Virus record (IMG/VR): IMGVR_UViG_3300033407_000020 | Coordinates: 1-55,746 of that record | DNA: 55,746 nt | Direction: 5' to 3' (one strand) | Source of the DNA: a virus | Lineage: Duplodnaviria; Caudoviricetes | Part shown: in pieces, positions 44,546 to 53,278 of the stretch | Position numbering within the stretch: the stretch's first letter is position 1 | Layout: each line of letters opens with the position of its first letter | Notes under the pieces: model-generated | What the model saw: only the letters and a program-made list of their open reading frames with translations | The model's database searches: none | What the model was told of the DNA's origin: nothing | Program-made: the position numbers and the translations under genes

Positions 44546-44837
44546 CGCCGCGTCTCCACTCGTGACGTTCCGCCTCGTTGAACTTCCCCAGGTCGCGCTT
44601 CACCTTCACCGCCAGGACGCGGGCCTCTGCGACCTCGACACGCACCTCGGCCATCCCTGCCAGCACATCCTCGACAGCTGTAGCCAGGTCATCGACCTTG
44701 CTTACTAGGTTCGGTTCGTTCTTGCCGACGTGGTTCACGGCACGGTTAGCGGCCCGTGCCTGCACGTAGGCCGCGACTCCTGCGAGCGTTGGCCCGAGGG
44801 ATGCGATGGTGGCGACGATAACGATGTCTGCATCCAA
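44535..44837 (-). CDS. N-terminal TM coiled-coil protein (lysis-associated)
   Basis: Hydrophobic N-terminus. Follows the endolysin. Confidence 0.65.
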   Translation of the reverse strand: MDADIVIVATIASLGPTLAGVAAYVQARAANRAVNHVGKNEPNLVSKVDDLATAVEDVLAGMAEVRVEVAEARVLAVKVKRDLGKFNEAERHEWRRGDEQ

Positions 44838-44855
44838 TGTGGTCCTTTGGTCAGG

Positions 44856-45670
44856 TCACTTCAGCTGGGTCCGGCCACGTATCAGCGGCGCCCACGTCGC
44901 GAACGACAGCACGGCCTCCAGGCGCGGCACCCCGAGCGCATCGGCCAGCCGGTTCACGTCGGTGCGGCTCTTCATGTGCGTCATCTTGCCCGGCTCAAAT
45001 AGCCAGACCTCGGGGGTGCCGTCACAGCGGGCTAGGAACACGTCGGCCTCCAGATCGTCGGTGGATGGTGCAGGTGGGGTCTGCCCGGCCTCGTAGGCCA
45101 GGACGGCGGCGGGGATCGAGTCGCCCGCGAAGTAGTGCAGATGCCAGGGTTCTTTGGGGGCGACTAGATCTCCCATGACCACCCGAACCTCACGGCATTG
45201 ACGCGCAGCCACTCCAGCGTCGCAGCGTCGAACGGCTCGGCCCCAGCGTCGCCGTCGCGCTCTTCGCCGCCGTCCACGGCCTGCGCCCATCCGTGGTTCG
45301 ATGTGCCCGGCACTGCCGCCGTGGCGCCGTACCAGCGGTACCATCTGACGCCGTTCCAGACCTTCACGTCGGTGTTGGCCTTGTAGGCGGTGCGGTAGCG
45401 AGCACGGAAGATGCGTTCCTGCTCGGCGTAGGTCCGGTAGCTGTTCGACGCTGCCCCGGCCTTCAGGACGTGCCCGGCCTTGGCTGCCTCCGCGGCCATC
45501 GCCCCCCACGCTCGCGCTGCCGGGTGGATGAGCGTGATCGGCGCCCCGCCCGCCACCCCAGGGAGCGTCGTGAGGATGCCCGGTGAAAGCTGCCCGTTGC
45601 TCTGCCCGTTCAGCAGAGCGCTGCGCGTGATCGGAACGACGGGGAACGCCACGCCCGCAGGGTACGGCAC
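44856..45670 (-). CDS. Endolysin, M15 (VanY-like) peptidase, interrupted by TAG and a frame change at 45166-45162
   Basis: SYRTY..Q and PGTSNHGWAQAVD in frame 1. The catalytic EPWH motif is only in the second frame. Confidence 0.85.
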
Positions 45671-45691
45671 CGACCCCCGCTGGCAGCGGAA

Positions 45692-46405
45692 CTAGGCGGG
45701 GACCATGAGCCGCAGATGCGCGAAGAACGTTACGTTCAGTGTGATGTCGCTGTCCTGGCGGGCCTGCGTGTCGAGCGTGTCACCCTCAGCGGCGGGGATG
45801 CGCGCCCACGATGACCCGGCCAGCCCGTAGCCCGCGGTCGGGTGGACGCCCGCGGCCTGCGGTGTGAACTGCGAGCTGATCGTGCCGAACAGCGTGGCAG
45901 CCTGGTTGCGGAGCGCCCCCGCCCGGTGCGTGCCGGTGCCGCGGCTCTGCCAGCCCACCTGCAGGTCGCACGACCAGTCGCCAGGCACGTCGCACACGAG
46001 CTTGCCGAACGCATCAGCGGTCCAGCCCTGCCCGGCGCCCTGCTCCACCCACGCTGTTGCCGCGCTGACGCTGACCGTCGCGGAGGGTGCCACGTCGAAC
46101 TGGATGCGGAACGTCTGCTCCGTGGGGGCGTCCTGCGCGACGACACCGAGGATGCCCGACACGAGCGCCCCGTGCGGCGGGTAGAAGTCCACGACCACCC
46201 TGGCCCCGGCGAGCAGCAGCGCCCCCGTCCCGTTCAGCACGGAGATGGCTGCCTCGTCGCCGTCGATGAGGACCGTCACATAGTCCTCGGCGTCGTCGGT
46301 GACGGTACCGAACCGCTTGGTTGGTACCTGCACGGCCCGGCGCGCGATGGGCGGCACCTGCGCCATGAGTAGCCGCATGATCGCCTCGGGACTGAGCTCG
46401 CTCAC
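45692..46405 (-). CDS. Minor tail protein
   Basis: OB-fold-like N-terminus and beta-rich C-terminus. Follows the hub gene. Confidence 0.65.
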   Translation of the reverse strand: MSELSPEAIMRLLMAQVPPIARRAVQVPTKRFGTVTDDAEDYVTVLIDGDEAAISVLNGTGALLLAGARVVVDFYPPHGALVSGILGVVAQDAPTEQTFRIQFDVAPSATVSVSAATAWVEQGAGQGWTADAFGKLVCDVPGDWSCDLQVGWQSRGTGTHRAGALRNQAATLFGTISSQFTPQAAGVHPTAGYGLAGSSWARIPAAEGDTLDTQARQDSDITLNVTFFAHLRLMVPA

Positions 46406-47475
46406 GCTCCCACCCCATAGATACGTCTGAGATCGTGGACCATCTCGGAGCCTTCGGTGAGCCTGAGCCGCCAGCCCTGCTCGCGGTAGACGGTCCCGAG
46501 GTACATCACGGCGTCGTGGGTGTCATGCCGCGGATCTGGGGGGCTGGAGAACTGCACCCACTGGAACGTCGATGAGTGCTGCTCGTAGGCGACGCGCGCA
46601 CGCTCGACGGCCTCAGCCTCGCTTGCCAGGCCCTGCTCGCTGATGACCGTGGCGACAACGAACCCACGATTCGCGGCGCTGTGCGGCGCCTCTGGGGGCA
46701 CGTCGTAGAAGCCGCTGATCGGCTGATCCGGGTTGCCTGAGTCCACGACGATGTAGCGGTTCGGTGCGTCGAGCAGGTCGTCGGACTCGACCATCGACCC
46801 GGCCAGGATGCGCCCACCCGAGTCGTAGATCAGCGACGGCAGAGCCGACGCCAGATCAGGGATGCGGCTCACCCTGCCCACCCCGTCGTTGTCGAAGTAC
46901 GCGGAGAACGCGCTACCGAGCGCGGCGAGGTCGTTCACCACGTCGAGCCGGAACGTGTTGCCTGCGGGCCAGCTGATCGGGTTGGCGAGCTGGCTGGTGA
47001 TCGTCACGTCCACATCGAAGGACGGGACCCCAGCGATGGTGAACTGGTCGATGATGGCGTCACGTATCGGGGTGCCCGCCGCGTAGGCGACGGTCTGCTC
47101 TAGTGGCTGGTCGAGGATGAGGGTCTGGTCGACGGCGGGCACGTCGGCCTCCAGCCCCCACTCGTGGCGGGCCCGGTCCATGCTCCCGAGGATGAAAACG
47201 CCCAGGTTGAACTCGGCGCCGTTCTCCAGCACCCACACTGGGCGCAGCCGGTTCCCGAACGGGTCGAGGCTGGCCTGGTCGGTGGGGGCCAGCGTCACGC
47301 CCTGGAGGGTGCGGTTGATACGCCGGTTCGTGTTCTGCTCCACCGACGCGTTGCCGATGAGCGGTGTGACCTCACCGACCTTCGTGAGTGCCAGGTCGAG
47401 CACGTCCCAGCGGATCGTGCTCGACCGCTGCCCGATGCCCGCCGTGAGGTCTAGAAGCTCGGCGGTCGTGGGCAC
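46402..47475 (-). CDS. Minor tail / baseplate hub protein
   Basis: LGVF, YFDNDG, PNRYIV and PDPRH motifs. Confidence 0.75.
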   Translation of the reverse strand: MPTTAELLDLTAGIGQRSSTIRWDVLDLALTKVGEVTPLIGNASVEQNTNRRINRTLQGVTLAPTDQASLDPFGNRLRPVWVLENGAEFNLGVFILGSMDRARHEWGLEADVPAVDQTLILDQPLEQTVAYAAGTPIRDAIIDQFTIAGVPSFDVDVTITSQLANPISWPAGNTFRLDVVNDLAALGSAFSAYFDNDGVGRVSRIPDLASALPSLIYDSGGRILAGSMVESDDLLDAPNRYIVVDSGNPDQPISGFYDVPPEAPHSAANRGFVVATVISEQGLASEAEAVERARVAYEQHSSTFQWVQFSSPPDPRHDTHDAVMYLGTVYREQGWRLRLTEGSEMVHDLRRIYGVGA

Positions 47476-47484
47476 GGCTAGAGG

Positions 47485-47811
47485 CTACGTCGCTGCGCTC
47501 TTGTCCTTCGCGACCTCCGCACCGTTGCGCTCGGGGCCAGGCTCGGGCTTGCTTGCTGTCGGCTGGAGCGTCACCGGGTCGACGCCCGCGGCGAGCAGCG
47601 CCGACGACAGCGACAGGATGTGCTGGCGCAGCCGGTTCACTTCGGCTTGGAGGCGAGCTCCACGCATCTGCTGGCAGGCGACCTCGACGTGGAGGCGGCT
47701 CTCGGGCAGGAAGTAGGGGATCAGGTCGCTCACCTTGGCATCGAGCAGGTCGTCGGACTCCAGCTCTGGCTCAGCGACGGGCTCTGGCGCGGTGGGTGCG
47801 GTGTCGGTCAT
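47485..47811 (-). CDS. Small tail-associated protein
   Basis: SD AGGAG. First 12 aa identical to the tail assembly chaperone. Confidence 0.65.
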   Translation of the reverse strand: MTDTAPTAPEPVAEPELESDDLLDAKVSDLIPYFLPESRLHVEVACQQMRGARLQAEVNRLRQHILSLSSALLAAGVDPVTLQPTASKPEPGPERNGAEVAKDKSAAT

Positions 47812-47823
47812 GCGCGGTGTCTC

Positions 47824-49317
47824 CTATGGGTTTTCGGCGTGAGCCTGGAAGTTAGCCCCGAAGGAGTAGACCCGCGGGTCGTCACCATCGGGGATCAGCA
47901 GATCGAGGCGGCCATGCGTGGACAGGGCCACCGGGTCGAACCAGCCCTTCATCGTGTCGGCAGCGATAGCGGTCGAGGAGCCCACGGTGATCGTCTCGTT
48001 CTGGATGATGTCGCCGCCCTTCTGCCAGCGGGGGCTGACCGGCAGCCCACCGTTGGGGCTGACCGACACGTTGCCGCCGTAGGGCACGAGGTAGATCGCG
48101 GTCGCCGCGGTCTGCACGGCGTAGATGGCCCGGTCGGGGCCCGCGGCTACAACGTGTGTAGCCCCGCCGCTCCCGATGTTGACCCACGTCCAGGCGCCCC
48201 CGGTCCAGTCCGCCCGGATACGGCCCCCGTAGTTCGGGTTGACTCCCTTGGGCAGCCCGTCGATCTCCGATGTGATGCCGTTGGCCATCACGACATGTGG
48301 GAACCCGTCGAGCCCTACGGCCACGGTGTCCGGGCCGGTTGTGCGCGAGCACGGCAGCCCGGCCATCTCCGTTTCGGCACGGTTGTCCCAGCTCATCGGC
48401 ATCGTCACGACCTCGCCCGCAGGGTTGCGCCACGAGCCGAGCGTGTTGAGCCCGATCTCATCGGTGTAGACGACGTACGGGTGCTGAGCGCCGTCAGCGC
48501 GCCGGTCGGTGCGCCAGTGCCCGAGCACCCAGAGGCGGTCGCCCGCGGGCTTCCGTTCGATGTAGATGCCGTTGACGTAGCAGCGCACAGCGTCGTCGCC
48601 CGGCAGCGGCGGATCGTTGATCGTGTCCACAGTCCCTGTGGAGAACCCGATCTCGCCGCGCAGGCTGCCCGCCACTCCCGTCCATGTGCCGGTCCCGCTG
48701 GCCGTGTCGCAGATCGGCCGCCAGCCAGCGGTGCCACCCGCCTGAATGTTGGCGACGGTGCGCCCGAGCGGCAGGTAGTAGCCGAGCTGGTCGCGGCCTC
48801 TGGCGTCGGACTGGTCCTCCTGGCTGAACACCCACACGAGCCTGCCGTCGCTCATGCGGTCGAAGTGGTTGTACGTGTAGAGGTTGAGGCCCGACGCGGC
48901 CCACGGCATCGCGCTCTCGGTCAGCGTGTTCCAGGTCGTGAAGTCGGGAACACCCGCGGCAGCGTCGCTGAAGCAGACGGCTTGCGGGTCGTTGTGGATG
49001 TTGCCTGCGAGCCAGACACGGCCTAGGTCATCGATGCCGATGCCGAGCATGAAGTGACCGTCCTCGACGGTGATCCCGTCGACACCGTTGCCGGGGTCGG
49101 TGAGCAGGAGTGCAGCGACGACGGTGGCGTTGGCGCTGAGGTCGGCCGTGACGTAGTTGGCGGGGTCGAGCGGGTCGGTGCCCATCGTGTACCGGAAGAT
49201 CGTCAGGCCCATGTTGAGGCGCACCACGATCCCGACCTGGAACGTGTCGGTCACATCCGACATGAGGTGCGGCAGGCAGGCGTCGGACCCGTTGCGGCAC
49301 CGAGGCGCCGTCGTCAT
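47824..49317 (-). CDS. BNR-4-like beta-propeller, candidate polysaccharide lyase/depolymerase (start uncertain)
   Basis: DGH..LGIGID..G..W...N.HN and TY..F....DG.L pattern. Confidence 0.55.
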   Translation of the reverse strand: MTTAPRCRNGSDACLPHLMSDVTDTFQVGIVVRLNMGLTIFRYTMGTDPLDPANYVTADLSANATVVAALLLTDPGNGVDGITVEDGHFMLGIGIDDLGRVWLAGNIHNDPQAVCFSDAAAGVPDFTTWNTLTESAMPWAASGLNLYTYNHFDRMSDGRLVWVFSQEDQSDARGRDQLGYYLPLGRTVANIQAGGTAGWRPICDTASGTGTWTGVAGSLRGEIGFSTGTVDTINDPPLPGDDAVRCYVNGIYIERKPAGDRLWVLGHWRTDRRADGAQHPYVVYTDEIGLNTLGSWRNPAGEVVTMPMSWDNRAETEMAGLPCSRTTGPDTVAVGLDGFPHVVMANGITSEIDGLPKGVNPNYGGRIRADWTGGAWTWVNIGSGGATHVVAAGPDRAIYAVQTAATAIYLVPYGGNVSVSPNGGLPVSPRWQKGGDIIQNETITVGSSTAIAADTMKGWFDPVALSTHGRLDLLIPDGDDPRVYSFGANFQAHAENP

Positions 49318-50723
49318 GTGGCGATGCCCTCCTTGACCCAGCGGGGCGTAGCGCTCACACCGTCGTAGACGAAGATGAACAGCCCGTCCGTCGTGGTGGT
49401 CTGGCTGGCGCCGGTCAGGGTCAGCAGACGGTAGGCGGCGGTCGACCCGGCATCCTCGTTGAGAGCGGTCATCGCCAGGCCGAGGCGGCTGAGGATGACG
49501 ATGCGCTGCCCGTTCTGCGGTGCGACGCCACCGGGGTTCACGAACCCGCTGAACCCGAACGCGGCGGTCGGGCCCTGCACGACCATGATGGGCGCGGTGA
49601 TCTCCACATCATGGTTGTTGTTGCCGTCGACCATCGTCACAGCGGCGGCGACGAGCTGCACGCCCCCGGTGACCTTCAGGCCGATGCCCGCTGCTGCCGC
49701 GACGAACGACCCGCCCGCCCCGGCGACGAGAGCGCCGCGTGCCATCACCTGAGCCGGGTTGTTCGCCGACACTCGTAGCCCCTCGGCATTGCTGCCTGTC
49801 CCGGTTGGGGTCACGAACAGGCTGAACAAGACGCCCCGCGAAGCGTCGGTGACAGCCTCCGTGGTCGTCCACCGCAGCAACCCCTGGTTCGCTGAGGTGT
49901 AGGCCCCGGCGTTGTTGTAGCCACGCGCTGCGACGGTCCCGATGTTCGATGAGGTAGGGGTCTGCGTTTCGGTACCAACCCCGCCGCCCGCGTGCATGAA
50001 CCCGAGGATCGCCTGGATCGGGGCCGCGTAACCGTAGAGCTCGACCATCGCGTTGCGCGACCGGTCGTTGATGTTGCCGAGCCCGATCCCCCGCGGCGAA
50101 GGGGACGTGTATGCCGTCAGACCCTCGAACGTCTTTAGTCCCGTCACCGTCTGCGAGAGCGTGGTAGCCAGCAGCGTGCCGTCCGTATCAGGCAGCACCA
50201 GCACCCGGCTCGCCGCCTGCGAAGCCCGCAACGTCATCGTCGTCCCGGTCGTCGCCAACCCCAGATCCAGCGCGAACTGCTTGGTGGCGTCACCGTTGTC
50301 CTGCACCCGGAACACCGAGTCTTGGAACACCGAGCTGCTCGCCGCGCCGATGAAGTCGACGTACGTGATGTTCGCCGCGGTGTAGACGTTGAGCGACGCC
50401 GGGGTCGCCGTGTCCAACGTCGGCAGCCCGCTCACGGCGTCGTAGACGGCGTTCTTCGTGGGCGGCTCCAGCACCCCGTTCCAGCCGACGCCGTACGCCT
50501 CGTCAGGGATGATCGGATCACTGGTGAACGTCTTGACGCCACCCACGGTCTGCGCGTTCACGAGGTCGACGTAGGCTCCGCCGCTCATCCCGGCCAGCGC
50601 CGTCGCCAAGTTCTGCAAGGTGACCTTGCGGTCCCCTGGCGTGCCGAGAGGGTCGTTGACGACGTAGACCAGATCGTCCGCGGTGGGTGCCGCATCGTTC
50701 AGCAGGTCGATGACATCAGTCAT
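49314..50723 (-). CDS. Tail fibre / receptor-binding-like protein
   Basis: PTADDL.YVV...RKVTL N-terminus and QTVGGVKTF-type repeats. Gly/Thr-rich. Confidence 0.65.
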   Translation of the reverse strand: MTDVIDLLNDAAPTADDLVYVVNDPLGTPGDRKVTLQNLATALAGMSGGAYVDLVNAQTVGGVKTFTSDPIIPDEAYGVGWNGVLEPPTKNAVYDAVSGLPTLDTATPASLNVYTAANITYVDFIGAASSSVFQDSVFRVQDNGDATKQFALDLGLATTGTTMTLRASQAASRVLVLPDTDGTLLATTLSQTVTGLKTFEGLTAYTSPSPRGIGLGNINDRSRNAMVELYGYAAPIQAILGFMHAGGGVGTETQTPTSSNIGTVAARGYNNAGAYTSANQGLLRWTTTEAVTDASRGVLFSLFVTPTGTGSNAEGLRVSANNPAQVMARGALVAGAGGSFVAAAAGIGLKVTGGVQLVAAAVTMVDGNNNHDVEITAPIMVVQGPTAAFGFSGFVNPGGVAPQNGQRIVILSRLGLAMTALNEDAGSTAAYRLLTLTGASQTTTTDGLFIFVYDGVSATPRWVKEGIAT

Positions 50724-50754
50724 GGGGCGACTCCTTCGGAGCAGATGCTACGGG

Positions 50755-53268
50755 TCACGACACCAGCGACAGCGCACCGCCGCCCACGAGCTCGATCACG
50801 TCGCCGCTCACGAACAGGAAGTCACCGGCCGCGGCCACGTCCTCGGTGACCTCGACCACCGCGGGTGTCTGTACTGTCTCCACGAACTCGACCTCGGCCC
50901 ACGCACCCGCGGGGGACTGCCACAGGTCACCCTCGGGCACGGTGAGCGAACCGAACCAGCGGTTACCGGCCTCGTCGCGGACGCACAGGTAGGGCAGCGT
51001 CGCCCACGCCAGGTCGCGCAGCGCGTCCAGGGCGTCGATGCCGAACACCGGGTCAGCTGCGCCTAGGAACTCGACCAGCAGGCGCCGCTGGAACGTGACG
51101 CCGCGGCGTGACAGGGGCCGGAACGCCACCTGAAGGTCGCGCCCGTACATGATCTGGTAGGTGACCTCATCGGCCTCGGGGAACTCGAAGCCACGCAGCG
51201 GTGGCGAACGTCGGTAGACATCGGTGTAGGCCACGCCGTCCGGCTGGGCGTCGTTGTTCGTGAACCAGAGCCCGCAGCCCTCGCTCGGCAGCGTTGCGGT
51301 CACGGCAGACGACCAGTACGAGGCCGACCCGTCTGTCAGCTCGACGCGCATCCGGTACGACTCCTGCACACCGATGCGGGCCTCATGGTCGCCCCACGAG
51401 TCGACCGACTCCACGATGATCGTCGCCACGTCCTGCCAGGTCGAGGCGTCCGCACCTAGACGCTGGATGCGGTAGCGGGCGAACAGCGAGCCGTGCGCCG
51501 TGGCACCCCAGGTGAGCGACGCGTACGGCAGCGCCGGGGGCGCACAGTCCGACGCGGGCAGCGCGGGCAGCGCCTGCTCAGCAGCTACCGCCGCAACCGA
51601 GGTCGGCCCATCGACGGCCAGCACGAGCAGCCCCACGAAGTCGCCCGGCGTCGTTGTCAGAGTCGTGGACGCTGCCCCGTCTATCGGGCTGGCCTCGTCC
51701 GTGCCGCCGCTGTAGGTGGCCTCCTGGTAGAGCACGCCGCCGCCGCCGGCCTCGACAGCCAGCCAGGCAACCACCCACGGCGCTGTCGCCGCGGTCGAGC
51801 TCAGGAAGTTCAGGTAGTACTGCGTGCCCGCCACGAGCGCTACAGGGGAGGGCGACTCGACTTCGATCTGCTGCAAGGACCCGGACACGTCACCCATCAG
51901 CGCAGCCGGGAACGTGAAGGTGCCCATCGTCACGTTGTCGCTGCGCCGCACGACCTCGACCACGAGCGCTGCGGTCGGTGCCACGCCACCTACCGCGCCG
52001 ACCACGAGGTTGAGGCGCCCGTAGTCGTCGCTCGCCGTGGTCCGCAGCTCACCCTGGTTAGCGAGCGAGCTGGTGTGAACCGCGGCGGTGCGGACACCCG
52101 CGTAGGGCTGCCCGTCGACGCTCGTCGCCCCGGCGTTGGTTCGCAGCACGAACGCCAGCACCCGACCCGAGTCGAGCACTTCGGATGAGGCGACCTGGCT
52201 GGCGAGCGTGGCGTTGTTGTCGACCAGATGGCTGATGGTCGTGGCCTCGGTCGTGTAGGACGGCAGGTCGATCGGGGGCTCCTCACCGGCCACGGCGTAG
52301 AGCGCGGTCCATGCGATCGAGTCGCTGCCCCCGATCAGGCCCCGGTCGGCGCGGCGGACGGTCAGCGCGTAGTTCGTGTCGCTGACCTTGGCCCAGTTCG
52401 CCGCTCCGGCAGGGCTCGCTAGCGCGATGTTGTCCGACCAGGCGGGCCCCAGCACCCCGTCGCCGGTCGCGAATGCGCCACGCGCGAGCCGCCGCTCCGA
52501 GGTTTCGTAGACGACGACAAGGCGCACCGCTGCGGTGTAGTTGGCGCTGCCCGGCTGCCCGCTCGCCAGCCGCACACGCGTCGTGGACGTGTCGAACGCG
52601 GCCACATCGGCCTGCGTCCACGGCAGCCCCGTGATCGGGTTGATCTCACCCCAGTTGAAGAACATGCGGCCAGCTGTGCCCGCCGTGTTGTTCAGTGGCA
52701 CGGTGCGGGTGATCGACCCGTAGGTGCTGCCACCGTTGCGGAGCGCGACCGTGGTCGAGGTCGTCCACCCTTTCGTTTCGCTGCTCGCTGTGCCGAGCCA
52801 GGTGACGACCTCGACCGCGACGGCGGCGATGCGCCCGGTGGCGTTGAGCGCGGCCGATGCGAACTCCAGGTCGAGCGTGCCAGGATCAGTCTTGGGGAAG
52901 ATGATGTAGTCGCTGTAGCTCGGCGGCCACTCGTCTATGCCGGTGTGGTCGGCGGGGAACAGCGTGTGGTTGTAGACCGCCCCGGTGAGCAGGCTGGCGT
53001 TAGGCGCGAACGTGGCGACGGTGAACGCCAGGTCCGGGTCTACCTCGTCGCCGGCAGGGAACACCTCGGCCACATAGAACCGCTGGCCCGATCCCATCGA
53101 AAGCCGGGTGATCAACCGGTGCAGGCGCAGGTTGCTAATCGTCTCCGTCGCGGTCGACCGGAACCGCTGCACCGCCGCCGAGCCCGCGCCCGGTTCGACC
53201 GTGCTCGCTACGGCACCCAGGAACTCGGGTCCGACCAGCGCCGGGTCAGAGGGATTCCAGCGGGTCAC
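50755..53268 (-). CDS. Minor tail protein (beta-rich, FN3-like segment, distal-tail-like C-terminus)
   Basis: First gene after the tape measure gene. LTW...YRIQR...W...Y.MRV segment. Confidence 0.7.
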   Translation of the reverse strand: MTRWNPSDPALVGPEFLGAVASTVEPGAGSAAVQRFRSTATETISNLRLHRLITRLSMGSGQRFYVAEVFPAGDEVDPDLAFTVATFAPNASLLTGAVYNHTLFPADHTGIDEWPPSYSDYIIFPKTDPGTLDLEFASAALNATGRIAAVAVEVVTWLGTASSETKGWTTSTTVALRNGGSTYGSITRTVPLNNTAGTAGRMFFNWGEINPITGLPWTQADVAAFDTSTTRVRLASGQPGSANYTAAVRLVVVYETSERRLARGAFATGDGVLGPAWSDNIALASPAGAANWAKVSDTNYALTVRRADRGLIGGSDSIAWTALYAVAGEEPPIDLPSYTTEATTISHLVDNNATLASQVASSEVLDSGRVLAFVLRTNAGATSVDGQPYAGVRTAAVHTSSLANQGELRTTASDDYGRLNLVVGAVGGVAPTAALVVEVVRRSDNVTMGTFTFPAALMGDVSGSLQQIEVESPSPVALVAGTQYYLNFLSSTAATAPWVVAWLAVEAGGGGVLYQEATYSGGTDEASPIDGAASTTLTTTPGDFVGLLVLAVDGPTSVAAVAAEQALPALPASDCAPPALPYASLTWGATAHGSLFARYRIQRLGADASTWQDVATIIVESVDSWGDHEARIGVQESYRMRVELTDGSASYWSSAVTATLPSEGCGLWFTNNDAQPDGVAYTDVYRRSPPLRGFEFPEADEVTYQIMYGRDLQVAFRPLSRRGVTFQRRLLVEFLGAADPVFGIDALDALRDLAWATLPYLCVRDEAGNRWFGSLTVPEGDLWQSPAGAWAEVEFVETVQTPAVVEVTEDVAAAGDFLFVSGDVIELVGGGALSLVS

Positions 53269-53278
53269 GGCGCTGACT

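Noticed and set aside
45164-45166. Genome-wide TAG-to-amino-acid reassignment (code 15 type)
   Set aside because: TAG ends many intact genes (capsid, major tail, TerL, tape measure), and both interrupted genes also need a frame change.
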